The notes below the pieces were generated by a model that was not told the origin of the DNA, did no database searches, and was given only the letters and a program-made list of their open reading frames with translations. A stretch of DNA of 62,984 nucleotides, the filler included, from Octopus bimaculoides (taxonomy: Eukaryota): assembly GCF_001194135.2 (NCBI RefSeq). It is 2 parts of 2 records of this genome, joined end to end, with 100 filler letters (N's around TTAATTAATTAA, not from the genome) between each part and the next. Parts side by side here need not be neighbours in the genome. Positions count along the whole stretch, not along the records: positions 1 to 31,486 come from NC_068992.1; positions 31,587 to 62,984 come from NC_068981.1. One strand, written 5' to 3'. Of this stretch, positions 23,819 through 37,402 are shown in pieces. Each line of letters begins with the position of its first letter. Positions within the stretch are counted from its first letter, which is position 1. A program made the translations under genes and the position numbers.

Positions 23819-26800
23819 NNNNNNNNNNNNNNNNNNNNNNNNNNNNNNNNNNNNNNNNNNNNNNNNNNNNNNNNNNNNNNNNNNNNNNNNNNNNNNNNNN
23901 NNNNNNNNNNNNNNNNNNNNNNNNNNNNNNNNNNNNNNNNNNNNNNNNNNNNNNNNNNNNNNNNNNNNNNNNNNNNNNNNNNNNNNNNNNNNNNNNNNNN
24001 NNNNNNNNNNNNNNNNNNNNNNNNNNNNNNNNNNNNNNNNNNNNNNNTGTGTATATATACACACACACAATTACACACAGACACACAGACGCCCATACTA
24101 TATACATACCAGGCACCTCGTAAATAATGATATATGCATACTTTTCTTTTTTTTCAGAAAATTTGAGTTACAGATGTTTCTAGTAGTCATTATAGATTAA
24201 TCATTCGTAAGTTTATTCAATCGCTCTACGAACCAGTTGAGACAAATTGAACTACCTAAAAATATAATGCTACGTTCGTCAGAAGCATTTCTGATTATAG
24301 CAAAACAGAACACTGAAGGAATGGTATCGGCACAGTGGTGGTGGTGGTGAGTGGTGAAGATAGATAAAGAGGAAAGGTGGAGGAAAGTGATAATATGGAA
24401 GAGGACTAAAGTCTAGAAAAGGAAAGAAAGGATGAGGGGGAAGTAATTAAAATAATAGAGGAGGGAGGCATTCTATAAAAGATTAAGCAGAGAATTATCG
24501 AAAATAAGGAAATGCTTGCCATTAAATCATTTGTGTTTGTAGATGGGCCATCACACACAAAAATGTTTCCTTTTTATGCAGGTCAGACACTCTCAAATTT
24601 TATATTCACTACAGATAATTCGGTCGTTTGTACTATCACGCATAGTGAGGGATTCAAATGTAAAACTAAAAATTATAATTACCGAAATTAAAATCAAATA
24701 AATTGAATGTTAAAATAATTAAAAATAACTTAAATATCGATATGCAAAGAAAAAAACATTTCAAAAAGAGATTTGATGATTAGCGTGTAATTTAAATATG
24801 CTATTAGCTCTAAACCACTGGCCAAAATCAAGGTGTTTAAATGAATAATTATAGAGGGAATGTAAAGGTTTTGTTAAATAATGTTTACATCTTACCGCCA
24901 TTTCCTGTCTTTTATTTGGAATATTATTCTCCGACATCAGTATTAACATCGACACTTCGACGGAAATTTTACTACATGTTGCCCAGTGCCCAAAAGGTCA
25001 ATCTTCAGCAGTTCACCATCATATCACAAAATAGATGATAATGCAACATTCACCAAATAATTCATTACTGTTTTATTGCTTCAATTTTTTTTCTTTTTTG
25101 AGACTAGATTTATTTCTTTGCTGTAAACGCTAGCTTAAGGTAACAGTTTAATACGATTTCAGTCTATCAATTCATAGATTGCAAACTTGTAATCTTATAC
25201 CATGAACACACCCAAAAGTATATCTNNNNNNNNNNNNNNNNNNNNNNNNNNNNNNNNNNNNNNNNNNNNNNNNNNNNNNNNNNNNNNNNNNNNNNNNNNN
25301 NNNNNNNNNNNNNNNNNNNNNNNNNNNNNNNNNNNNNNNNNNNNNNNNNNNNNNNNNNNNNNNNNNNNNNNNNNNNNNNNNNNNNNNNNNNNNNNNNNNN
25401 NNNNNNNNNNNNNNNNNNNNNNNNNNNNNNNNNNNNNNNNNNNNNNNNNNNNNNNNNNNNNNNNNNNNNNNNNNNNNNNNNNNNNNNNNNNNNNNNNNNN
25501 NNNNNNNNNNNNNNNNNNNNNNNNNNNNNNNNNNNNNNNNNNNNNNNNNNNNNNNNNNNNNNNNNNNNNNNNNNNNNNNNNNNNNNNNNNNNNNNNNNNN
25601 NNNNNNNNNNNNNNNNNNNNNNNNNNNNNNNNNNNNNNNNNNNNNNNNNATACTGGTAATATTAATACGAATAGATATTCTTTGGGCTACTGAGAAAAAT
25701 AACGATATATGAAAGGTTTTAAAATTAAAATTTCACGAATGATAAAGAAAAACATCACTTGAAATATATATATATATATATACGTACGGGAAAATAAATT
25801 CTCTGACTGATTTTTTTTTTTTGTTACACTATAAATATATCAATCACACTTCTCATAAAATCCATTACAAAATTAGAATTGTTTGTCATGTTTCAATATA
25901 TTTATTATTGTGAAACGATGGTAACAAATATTTTGTTTTACAAATAGTTATTTCGTCTCTGAAAACACTTCAAACAACCGGTTTCGCTTTATCAGTATTT
26001 CCTGTTCTTTTTGTGGGAATATATATATTTAACGAGAAATAATATAATTCTAACAGAGAAAGAAATTAGTTTCCTAAAACAAATATGGAATAATGCTTAA
26101 TATTTATAATCAGAAAAATCCTATGTATGTGTTTTCGAAATAAACTAAAATTTTCACGATTCATTCAAAGAGTTAAAGCAATTGATAAGCATGTATAATG
26201 TATGCGATGTAATGAATAAGTAGCTATAGAATACAGGAATGCCATTATTACATGTCGCGTAATTATTGAAGGAGCCAATGATAATATTTATTACTGACAA
26301 TTTTAAATTACGGAAATTAAGAAGAAGCATTTTAAATAGAGATGATCAAGTTCTCCAGAAGTAAAACACAACTACCTCACCAAGGAAACAAAGAAAGAGA
26401 AAAGGAGAAATTACGCAACAAACAACTAAGAGAGGGAATAACAGGTTATATATGCCAGATCGAATGTCGTGTTCAGTAATACATACCAGAGCTAATTGCA
26501 AAAGCGTTGCTGTAGACTATGGTCAGCGACACTCAGTGCAAACCACTCAACCTCCTTGGGCACATATCACAGCTGGGCAGCTGTTAACTTGAATTGTAAG
26601 GGGAAATCAGCAGTGCAGAGTCAACCAGCGTAAGTTATGCATATAACCTCATCTCGATGGACAGCTAGGTTTAGCATAGTTTTCTTCGCACTTTATTATT
26701 TCTATTTCAGATTTTGCCTGAAACTCGTTTATTTTTATCTTCGACTTCTATTGATATTAGTATCTAAATTTGTAATGAAACATATTTTGATGTATTCGGT

Positions 26801-26913
26801 AAAACAAAATAAATATATTCCGAAATAATGCGACTATCCTCCTCCTGCTCCTCCCCCTGTTCATCGTCCTTATCATCGTTATTGTCCTCCTCCTCCTTCT
26901 CATCATCATCATT

Positions 26914-27436
26914 GAATGTGAAAGCTATGCATGCCATCAAAGTGACACAAGGGTAAAATATACGAAGTCCAGTATACGCATCATGATTACCTGTCTGATA
27001 AGGGTAAACCACGCACAAACATTACAACCATATGTGTGTGACATGGTGACCTCATATCGAGATAAACAACACATCATATTGCAGGTGCGGCCCAGTTAGA
27101 ATTTTCATCAGGTCGAGTGGCCCATCCCGCGAAACAGGTTTCTGAATAAGGTTTCTTTAAGGATGTTGAACGAAACACCCATGTTTCTAGAGGTGAATTA
27201 CTCAAACCCCAACTTAATACCTCTCAACACGTGGCTATGATGCTCCTCCATTACTTCTGCTCGCGATAAGAGATGCACATATTCAACAACCAAGGGACAT
27301 GCTCAACTGGAGATGGTATTAAGCAGAATGTTTTTATAGTCCATCTTTTATACCAAGACAAAAAAAAATGTACATAACACTTTCAATCAATTAAGATCAA
27401 AACCCATGAGATCCACTGCCTGGAACTATATGAGGG

Positions 27437-27438
<2 letters not shown>
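26914..27438 (-). mobile_element. Family X non-autonomous repeat, longest copy
   Basis: Covers both 15866-16168 and 33282-33540 sequences; flanked by TCA/TTA-type triplet tracts on both sides. Confidence 0.85.
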
Positions 27439-27439
<1 letters not shown>

Positions 27440-27520
<81 letters not shown>

Positions 27521-27536
27521 TATTATTATTATTATT
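27440..27536. repeat. (CAT)n-(TAT)n compound microsatellite
   Basis: Directly visible. Confidence 0.95.
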
Positions 27537-29507
27537 GTCTTTGCACAGCCTCTAACGCTGCAGATGTACTGCGCAGCCAGCTGTTCACTACGAGTGATCT
27601 AAGGTAACAGCTCTTATTTTTCGAGGACCATCCATAGTATTTGAACGGTTCAAAGCAGTGCTTTTTTCACCAAGTGCTCCATCCTTATTGCAGCCCTTAA
27701 CTGTTCCATGTACTTCTCAAAAGTTTTACTCATTGTTCCTAGGGCTCCACCAATTATTGTTACTACTACGTCATTTTTCAGCGACCACAACCTCGTAACT
27801 TACCAAGCTAAACTGTCATATCTATCGAACATTCTTTCTTCCTCATCTCATACCTTGTTGTCATCTGGGCATGCTACATCTCTGATTCATCATCGTTTAC
27901 TTTCTTTCTCAGTTAATACTATGTTCGGTTTCCTATTCTGTCTCTCATGGTCGCACTGAAAGATAAAAGCCCATAGGATATTTGCATTGTAATTTTCGAT
28001 GATGCCTTCAGTTTTATGTTCATACTACTTTTTGCTCTGTCAAGTTCATACATGTTGCAAAGTGTCCAATGGATAATCCTTCCTGTATTGCCATTAAGTA
28101 TCTTGTATTATTTCTAGGCCAGTGGCGTTCATTGACTGGGAAAATGCCATAAGAATACACAAATTTCTCCAGCATTCTGCACTGATCACTTTCTGATGTG
28201 TTGTCTATTATGCATTTTATGTAAGTGGTACAAAATGCTTGCTCTTGGGCAGCACAGATTAGAACCTCGGTTTTCGGTTTTAAATCACTTTTAGTTATCC
28301 ATAGCCATCTTTTTTCTCCGTCTGTCTTATCTTCAACATCCCTATATAATTGACCATGCATTCCTTTCTTTATCCATCTATTTTCGGTTTAATTATGTCT
28401 CCAGTTCTTGTACGGTGCTTTATCTTTGCAATCTTCCATTCTACACAAGCTTGATCTTTTTACTTCGAATAATAGCGGTTCTGCGACATTGTTTACATAC
28501 CATGCTCTATCGTTTTCAATCATATTCAGTCAATTAAATTTCGACTTAAAGTACTCCAACTTCTATTTTTCTGTAATTTCTGTCTCCATTAATTTATCCA
28601 TTTCCCCTATCCCCAATACTTATACCCCATCTCTTCTACCTGCTTCAAACCTCATCCGATGGTATCGCTAGCCCGTCCACACGTTTGATTCTGCTTCTCT
28701 TCAAGACTAATAGACCACACTTTTACAGTCCGAGCGCCATTCTGATGTCAGCACTGAAAGTCTACAACGAGAGAACTGACTTGGGATTCATCTTTACCGT
28801 AAAATTTGATGTAATCCATGACAAATAAGTGGTTGACATGTCGGCGGTTTTTGAATATATACACAGCCTTTGCTTTCCTCAGAATCAGTGTTAGTCGTAT
28901 CGTGCTGAATATAAAGATCAGTGAGAAAGATGCCTCTCCTAATTTCTGTTGTCCCTAAACTTCTTTCATATACTGTCAGTTCCGTCCTCCACTTCGCCAT
29001 CCTTTTCCCAAGCAATCACTCAACATTCAATGCAATACCAAATAGGTTCGTAACTTTATTAATCCAAGAATGTGGGATCATATCGTACGCCTTACGATAA
29101 TCTATCCATGACATGGTTAAATTAGTTTTTCTCCACTTGCAGTCTCTTAGCACAGTTTTATCTACCAGGAGTTGATCCTTGGTACCTCTGCACTTACGCT
29201 TGCAACACTTCTGCTCATGTGGCAGACTTTAATTTGTGACCAGATGTCCGTTACATTGACTCTGCGACTATTACAGTCAATAATTTCCACATTAGTGGGA
29301 TATCAACCTGCAAATGTCTACCATATCGCCTTTTTGGATGCTTGTCAAGCACAGGACTGTCCTACCCATTGTCAACTACTCTGGTGTTATTTGGTTAGCA
29401 TATAACAAGGTATTGAGTTGTACAGACATTCGCGCATGACATTCACCAAATCTCTTGACCCAGTAACCTTGAACTCCATCTGGTCCCGGTGCCATCTTTT
29501 TGCCCAT
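27537..29507 (-). mobile_element. 5'-truncated, internally deleted R4/Dong family 1 LINE
   Basis: HGQLYRDV..WLWITKSDLKPKTEVLICAAQEQA..YIKCIIDNTSESDQC; LTVYERSLGTTEIRRGIF; KMAPGPDGVQGYWVK at the 5' end; same 3' junction GCTGTGCAAAGAC|AATAAT as 11328. Confidence 0.92.
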
Positions 29508-29582
29508 TTTTTTTATAATTAGATTTTTTGGAATTTATTTATCACTATCATCATCATCATCATCATCATCGTCATCATTATG

Positions 29583-29620
<38 letters not shown>

Positions 29621-29769
29621 ATTCGTTATTTCTCCGTCCTCTTCCTTCAGTTTTCTTTCCCAATTTTTTCCCAACAAATTAACTCACTCTATACATTGAT
29701 AGGCCATTAAAATAAATGCAGAGGATTATTTAGTTACAGAATCAAATGAATTTTAATTGTAGAAGGATT

Positions 29770-30845
29770 GGTTACATGAAAGGTTATTGTTTTCAGAGCT
29801 ATCATGCTTTGCTCAGTGAAACTAATCATTTTTACTCCTTGCAGAGATGGTAAGCAAGGAATAATTCTCATATATTACCACTTACTTTATGATATCGTTC
29901 CCAGTGCTCCTATAATTGGTGGTATTGTAACTTCCTTAAGATACCACATTTTGGTGTAATTTCAATGGGCAAATGATCATACATCTTATTTTTGTCAAAT
30001 TATTTTGCTGCTATATGATGCCCACAAGGTCTACTCATGTAAATTAATAAACAACTTTTTTTATTTTGATCGTTTCCAACAGCATCTCATATCTTATATG
30101 TGATTATTCAGTCTGTATATCATGGAAAGTCCTAGTTATAAATTCAGGTTGGTGTTTATACTACTTCTCATCAAATTTGATTTCATAATGCCGGCATATT
30201 AATCAGTATCGATACTGGACAAATCTGTCAGGGTTTCATTTTACTCTGTTGATGCTAAAGCGTTACATCCAGAAATGAAATGATCCACTTTTCAATATCC
30301 TCATTGTAGAACAAGCTCTTAGGATCTATTCCCTTTTCTATTACTTTGGTTTGGTAGTTCCGTGTCAATAAACTTTGATCTTGAGTGGCTGAGATCTAGT
30401 CCTCACCCTCTGCCTTTAACCTTGAGCTTCGTATCTTGTTATATGTGTGCTTCTGGTCAACAGGAACTTTTATGGTACGTGCAACATATTTGCCATGCAA
30501 GGGTTTCTGTTCTCACCTACAAATTCTTCATGCGCTTATGTCTTTTATTTTACTTCCTTTGCGACAAAGTTTCCCCACACATCCCTCAGGCAGTCCAAAC
30601 TGGGTATTTTTCGTGAAACCAATAAATATTTTGTCAAGCTTCTAGTGATTTTCAATGAGGCTAGGCATCAAATCGTTAATTGTGGCGTGATAATTAACCT
30701 CCTCTATCATGCTGCATTTGTAATGTTGTCCAAATGTCATCGTCCTCATTAAGCTGTTGGAAGGTAAAAACAGCAGTTTGCGTAAATTTCTATCAATTTT
30801 CTTAACGTCACAAATATTCCATTTCAACACATGGAAGCTATCAGT
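29770..30845 (-). mobile_element. Decayed R4/Dong-type LINE fragment (third variant)
   Basis: SFHVLKWNICDVKKIDRNLRKLL, ARNYQTKVIEKGIDPK, MWYLKEVTIPPIIGALG on the minus strand. Confidence 0.75.
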
Positions 30846-31288
30846 AACAATTGGAACCAGTAAGAAGGAACATATTCACAGCCATGACAGATTTGGGACC
30901 TATATACACTATCATTAACAAGGAGAGGTGGTGAAATGCATCTGGGATATCGGGTCTTCAAGATTTCCGGTAAATTTATTCGTGGAACAAAGATATTAGG
31001 TGCATGTTGTGGTTTATACAGTAAGCAAACAAGTATCTAACGCTGAATAGAACGATACGAAAATAATCGGAAATAAAAACGATGTGTGTGTAATTTTTCT
31101 TACTAACGATAAGAGAAAAGAAATCAAAATGGTTCCATTTGCATCTACCTGCGTATTGAAACACAACTTCGAAATGACAAAGTTAAACAAAAAAATATAA
31201 AAATCAGAAAACCACAGTTAAAGAGTCCATCAAAAGTAAAACTACCTCGAACACTGTGTGCATATTTGTATATGCGTGTGTGTGTGTG

Positions 31289-31338
<50 letters not shown>

Positions 31339-31486
31339 TACATATATACAGTACCAGTTCAGAAAGGTTCCAACGATATAGAGGGGACAGAGTTAAAGAT
31401 AGAGTGAGAAAGAAAGTGAGAAAGAAACAGAAAGCGTGCGAAGGTGAGTCAACACATTAGAAATGCTATTATTATTATTATTTTTT

Positions 31487-31586
31487 NNNNNNNNNNNNNN
31501 NNNNNNNNNNNNNNNNNNNNNNNNNNNNNNTTAATTAATTAANNNNNNNNNNNNNNNNNNNNNNNNNNNNNNNNNNNNNNNNNNNN
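31487..31586. other. Artificial 100-bp scaffold spacer (44 N + TTAATTAATTAA + 44 N)
   Basis: Exactly symmetric N runs around a 12-mer that has a stop in all six frames. Confidence 0.85.
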
Positions 31587-32077
31587 CCAGTTATTTTTTG
31601 ATTATATTACTAAATTCCCCTTTCATCTATTTGACAACCGTCTCAATATTTTATATTAATTTTATTAATATTGTCTTCCATAATCTTTTAAATATTGTCT
31701 TTGCATTCTTGAAACGTTACGACAAGAATTTAGTATCATACAAAGATCTTCTTCAACCTGAGGAAGTAACTTAAATTCTGCGTTGTTTTAAAAGATTCTT
31801 TGCATTTTGCATTAATGCAGACAAGTAATTTATTTATTATTAAATATAATAAAATAAATCATCTTTCTTTGCTTTAAGTTACGAAAAGATTTGTCGTGAT
31901 ATTTGAATTTTCTTATTGTGAAATAAATTTTCATCATTTCTTCGCCATTTATAGCTTTATACACTCCTTATCGTCTGCTTTTGTATCGTACCATATATTC
32001 TGTTTTGTAGAATAATACATTAAGGAGCTAAAAGATAAAAGATACCTATATACATCAGGTGTCTTTCTTTCTATTTC

Positions 32078-32943
32078 CAGGATGTTCAGGCTAAATATAA
32101 CGATTTTTAAGTCCCATGTTTTTCAGAAACAGCTTGATATATTGGTGAACACTCAACGGCGTTGTAGAGCATGACAATTAAAGTTGTAGTTGAGAAAATA
32201 CTAACTGACATGAGAGAGTGGAAACCGTCTAGATATTAGAAAAGCTTGTAACATTATGATTGGCGCCGGGTATCAAAATGCCTACATCATGACTACTGTT
32301 CAATGCTCTCTCAACACTGTAATGGCTGTAAGGCGTAACATGGACAGCTGAAACGGAGACTACGAAGCCGTGACCAGCAGGAACTGTGATGGTCCAAGGG
32401 TTTGTCTCCAATCTGGATGATCTCATGGCATTCCACATCTTTAAACTGGGTTTCAGGCTCATTCAGATGGCTATGTGAGGATGCTTGTGACGGGTCAAAG
32501 ACTAAACCGGAGAGGGTTGCTGCTGGAAGTCCATGCGTGGCACCAGGATTCGGCCTCAAGTAGTTGTTGGAGAATTTCTACGACTTCATCCGCCCCAATT
32601 TTTGGCCTCCTAATTCCCCAGACTGTAATCCTATGCATTGCCATGTGTGATCTGTGGTTAAGAAAGACGTCAACCGCTCTGCCTAAAAGACCAAGCTGAG
32701 CTGGTGGTCAAAAATCAAGAAAGTGTTCGAAGATCTTCCCAGTGACACAGTGAAGAACACATGTTGCAAGTTCTAGGGCTGACTCGAGGCCGTGATGGAA
32801 GCTGAGGACAGCTACTCGGAGTAAAATGTTATCTCCCTGCTATAACCTAGTCGATATTTTTTTATCTTTAAAATATATGTTGGGTGAAATATTGTGCCTT
32901 GTTTTCCTTTTATGCAACTGTCAAATTTAGAGCGAACACCCAG
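32078..32943 (+). mobile_element. Internally deleted maT-like (DD37D) Tc1/mariner element
   Basis: WHQDSA and DFIRPNFWPPNSPDCNP motifs; degenerate TIRs CAGGATGTTCAGGCTAAAT and ATTTAGAGCGAACACCCAG (14/19 match), followed by TA. Confidence 0.85.
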
Positions 32944-33219
32944 TAAGTGTGAAAAAAAGAGTCCTGAATACACGTTATAGAGGTTTTTTTGTATTACAAC
33001 TGAAGTTGAGTTTGTATTAGACTCATGTTTTACGCCACTGCGATCATCAGGCAAAACTGATGATTTATATGTGTGTGTGTGCGCGCATTTCTGTTTGTAA
33101 ATTGGATTCAAAGATGGAAGCGGAACATACGCTAAGCATAGCAATTGAGGGCCATGCTGTCAGCCCACAAAGTCCAGCATGCTAATGATTCTGCCAGCTC
33201 GCCGCCTTAAATAATAATG

Positions 33220-33258
<39 letters not shown>

Positions 33259-33281
33259 GCAACAACAACAACAATAATAAT

Positions 33282-33540
33282 AAATGTCTTAATGTCACTG
33301 GCTCTCATGGCTTCTGATCTTTACTGATTGGAAGTGGTATTATGTACATGTTTTTTCTTGGTGTAAAAGATATGGCTACAGCAAATATTCTACTCAATAC
33401 CACAGATTTGCTTGTTAGTTGTTTGGTCTTAACCAGTTGAACATGTTCCTTGGTGGCTGACAATATGTGCATTTCTGATCACGAGACATGATGGGTATAC
33501 TGGGCTTCGTATATTTGTACCCCAGTGTCACTTTGATGGC
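33282..33540 (+). mobile_element. Family X repeat with internal deletion
   Basis: Both termini match 26914-27438; preceded by (AAT/AAC)n and followed by ATAATAAT. Confidence 0.8.
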
Positions 33541-33550
33541 ATAATAATAA

Positions 33551-33927
33551 TCGATCACCTTTCCAGACATCGGAAACCAGACATTGGTGTGGTGAAAAAA
33601 GAAGAAAGAATATTTTCATGATAATTGACATAACATGTCCCGGCGAGAAAGACATAACATGTCAATGGGAAAGAAGAAAAAATAAACAACTATGACGATT
33701 TGAAGTGGGGAATACAAGGGTTGTGGTCAATGCAATTGGGGCACTTGGTAGTCTCAGCATTCAACTCCCTGGCATGGTTCAAAAAGACTGGTGCAAGTGT
33801 GAAAGTAGAACACCTACAAAAATCAGCATGGCTAGAACCTACGAGAATTCTTCGCTGGGTTCTTGAAGCACAACCAGTAAACAAGTGTCACCTTAGTCTG
33901 CTGGCTGTGGACAGATGACACTTTCCA
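33551..33927 (+). mobile_element. 5'-truncated R4/Dong-type RLE fragment
   Basis: HRKPDIGVVKKE, IIDITCPG, YDDLKWGIQGLWSM, VEHLQKSAWLEPTRILRWVLEA; begins directly after ATAATAATAAT. Confidence 0.85.
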
Positions 33928-35715
33928 NNNNNNNNNNNNNNNNNNNNNNNNNNNNNNNNNNNNNNNNNNNNNNNNNNNNNNNNNNNNNNNNNNNNNNNNN
34001 NNNNNNNNNNNNNNNNNNNNNNNNNNNTACATACATACATACATACATACATGAATACATACGTGCGTGTATGTCTCTGTTTGTGCATGTGTATGTGTGC
34101 GTGTGTGTGTGCGCGCGTGCGTGCATAAACATTTGTACAAGTAAAGAATTATTATGGGATTAGAAGGTTCAATGTCTCGCGGTGACCAATGGTTTCACCC
34201 GGAGATGGAAATGAACAGACGAGTGAAGAATTGAGATTTATTTATGGTATGTTTGGTGTGCATGAGGTAAGAAATGGGTGGAACGTTTAGGAAATTGTTT
34301 CTATTTTTATTTGCACGTTGTTAAATTTTATTTAATACACGTGTTTGCGTTTGTGTATTCGTTCGTGAATGTGTCTATATTTGGACAACAGAGATTGTGT
34401 GTCATAAAATAAAAAGTAGATCAAGAGGAATATGGTTTTTCTCGGCCAGTTGTTGTGGTGAGTACCTAAAAATGGTAATTTGGCAATGAATAGGAATAAG
34501 AAGACTCTGTTCTACGAGATGGAATTTAAGGTGTGGCAAAAGAGAAATTATTAGTTTTAGTATTCTTTGTATGAAGGTCAATAGGGGCTTTGAGCTATGA
34601 GTGAAGTAATTTGTTTCGTGGGGTAACGTCTGATGGGGTTGGAGGATATTGTGTTGACCTGAAAGGATGATCTCTTTGTGGTAGATTGTGTGTGTGTGTG
34701 AACACGGGCGTGTGCTTGCGTGCGAGGAGGAGTGCGTAAGGCACTCAGACACACACAGTGAGCTAAAACAGCAGCATGCTGATGAACCCGGTTACACATG
34801 GTGTTCGTGCATGCATCTGAAAAGATGTATGTGTACAGCATGCTGTGGATATAAACACAAATACGCACAAGTGCGCACTTGTACACATATATGTGTGTAT
34901 ATATTGTGCGCTTCATACAGCATTGAGGGTTTTAACTTTTGTTTCTTGCACCCTCAGTCACAATTAATGACGATTAAATTTTTCTTTTATGGTCTTCTAT
35001 TGCGCCTAGCTGCTTATATTAATTTTCATATATATTTGCTGAACCGGTGAAAACTACAATTTTTTTCATTCTCTCCCTGTTTATTTTCTCTTATTCCTTT
35101 CTGTTTAAGAGCGTAAAAGACTTTTTCATCTTCCCGCGCGTCAAACAAGTACACTTGTTTGTTGTTCATAGAACTGTCTTCGTCCTTTGCTTTTCTATAA
35201 ATTTCATCCCTCTCTCTCTCTCTCTGTATANNNNNNNNNNNNNNNNNNNNNNNNNNNNNNNNNNNNNNNNNNNNNNNNNNNNNNNNNNNNNNNNNNNNNN
35301 NNNNNNNNNNNNNNNNNNNNNNNNNNNNNNNNNNNNNNNNNNNNNNNNNNNNNNNNNNNNNNNNNNNNNNNNNNNNNNNNNNNNNNNNNNNNNNNNNNNN
35401 NNNNNNNNNNNNNNNNNNNNNNNNNNNNNNNNNNNNNNNNNNNNNNNNNNNNNNNNNNNNNNNNNNNNNNNNNNNNNNNNNNNNNNNNNNNNNNNNNNNN
35501 NNNNNNNNNNNNNNNNNNNNNNNNNNNNNNNNNNNNNNNNNNNNNNNNNNNNNNNNNNNNNNNNNNNNNNNNNNNNNNNNNNNNNNNNNNNNNNNNNNNN
35601 NNNNNNNNNNNNNNNNNNNNNNNNNNNNNNNNNNNNNNNNNNNNNNNNNNNNNNNNNNNNNNNNNNNNNNNNNNNNNNNNNNNNNNNNNNNNNNNNNNAT
35701 ATATATATATATATA

Positions 35716-36320
35716 CTAGCAGTATAGCCCGGATTTGCCCGGGATTAAGTTGGGATTATTAAGCTAATCAAGTTCTTTATTTCAAACCAAACTAAGTAAC
35801 ATGACGTCAAATTTGGGCAGAATCAGTGTTGCAACTGGAGTGCATGGGTTGAGAGTTTGATCGGCAGAGGTGATTAGGTTACACATGCCATCCCTTTGAA
35901 AACACCACCGCCATCATCTAACCCCTCCTTGCTTATGGGTTAGGAACCCTTCCAGCGAGGAAAATAGAATGACCAAAAGGGATCCCGATTCTCTGTGTCA
36001 AAAGCGGTCCTGTTCAGATATGAGAACACGGATGTTACGAAAGTAAAACGTTAATGTTCGAAACTGCAGCAGGCCATAGATAATTCTTTATTCTGTATAT
36101 TTCTCATTTTGTCTTGTTCTGGCGTTTTGCGAAATTTTTCTGGAGAACATTATTTTTCTTTGTGGTTGGGTCGTTGATAACCTCTTTCTAGCATATTGGA
36201 TGTCCACCTAGTGGTCATCCCTTATACACGTGTAATACAATTTTTTCTGAATTTTCAGATTTGTTATATGCTAGGCCACTTGGTCTTAAATTGAATTAAT
36301 ATTCAATTTATCATCCTATC
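35716..36320 (-). mobile_element. Non-autonomous Helitron-like element (3' end visible)
   Basis: Minus strand ends CCCGG-GCAAAT-CCGGG hairpin + CTATACTG + CTAG followed by T, the canonical Helitron 3' terminus; 5' end uncertain (runs toward a gap). Confidence 0.6.
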
Positions 36321-37402
36321 TATATNNNNNNNNNNNNNNNNNNNNNNNNNNNNNNNNNNNNNNNNNNNNNNNNNNNNNNNNNNNNNNNNNNNNNNNNNNN
36401 NNNNNNNNNNNNNNNNNNNNNNNNNNNNNNNNNNNNNNNNNNNNNNNNNNNNNNNNNNNNNNNNNNNNNNNNNNNNNNNNNNNNNNNNNNNNNNNNNNNN
36501 NNNNNNNNNNNNNNNNNNNNNNNNNNNNNNNNNNNNNNNNNNNNNNNNNNNNNNNNNNNNNNNNNNNNNNNNNNNNNNNNNNNNNNNNNNNNNNNNNNNN
36601 NNNNNNNNNNNNNNNNNNNNNNNNNNNNNNNNNNNNNNNNNNNNNNNNNNNNNNNNNNNNNNNNNNNNNNNNNNNNNNNNNNNNNNNNNNNNNNNNNNNN
36701 NNNNNNNNNNNNNNNNNNNNNNNNNNNNNNNNNNNNNNNNNNNNNNNNNNNNNNNNNNNNNNNNNNNNNNNNNNNNNNNNNNNNNNNNNNNNNNNNNNNN
36801 NNNNNNNNNNNNNNNNNNNNNNNNNNNNNNNNNNNNNNNNNNNNNNNNNNNNNNNNNNNNNNNNNNNNNNNNNNNNNNNNNNNNNNNNNNNNNNNNNNNN
36901 NNNNNNNNNNNNNNNNNNNNNNNNNNNNNNNNNNNNNNNNNNNNNNNNNNNNNNNNNNNNNNNNNNNNNNNNNNNNNNNNNNNNNNNNNNNNNNNNNNNN
37001 NNNNNNNNNNNNNNNNNNNNNNNNNNNNNNNNNNNNNNNNNNNNNNNNNNNNNNNNNNNNNNNNNNNNNNNNNNNNNNNNNNNNNNNNNNNNNNNNNNNN
37101 NNNNNNNNNNNNNNNNNNNNNNNNNNNNNNNNNNNNNNNNNNNNNNNNNNNNNNNNNNNNNNNNNNNNNNNNNNNNNNNNNNNNNNNNNNNNNNNNNNNN
37201 NNNNNNNNNNNNNNNNNNNNNNNNNNNNNNNNNNNNNNNNNNNNNNNNNNNNNNNNNNNNNNNNNNNNNNNNNNNNNNNNNNNNNNNNNNNNATATATAT
37301 ATGAGTGAGTGAGTGAGTGAGTGAGTGAGTGAGTAGATATTCGAAAAAAGGGCACTCAATACATCTATTGGGAGTTGCATGTATGAATCAAAACAGTTTG
37401 AT

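Noticed and set aside
25970-26005. CTGATAA-AGC-GAAACCGGTT on the minus strand
   Set aside because: G8 is missing, there is no room for stem II and no stem I; likely chance.
30846-30910. Plus-strand Dong piece beside the minus-strand fragment as a twin-priming 5' inversion
   Set aside because: The piece comes from downstream (CCHC region) and resembles the 37403 family, which is inconsistent with twin-priming geometry.
33010-33052. Hammerhead-like CTGATGA-TCGCAGTGGCGT-AAAACATGAGTC on the minus strand
   Set aside because: GAAA is absent (AAAA), there is no G10.1-C11.1 pair and no stem I pairing; at best a very decayed relic.
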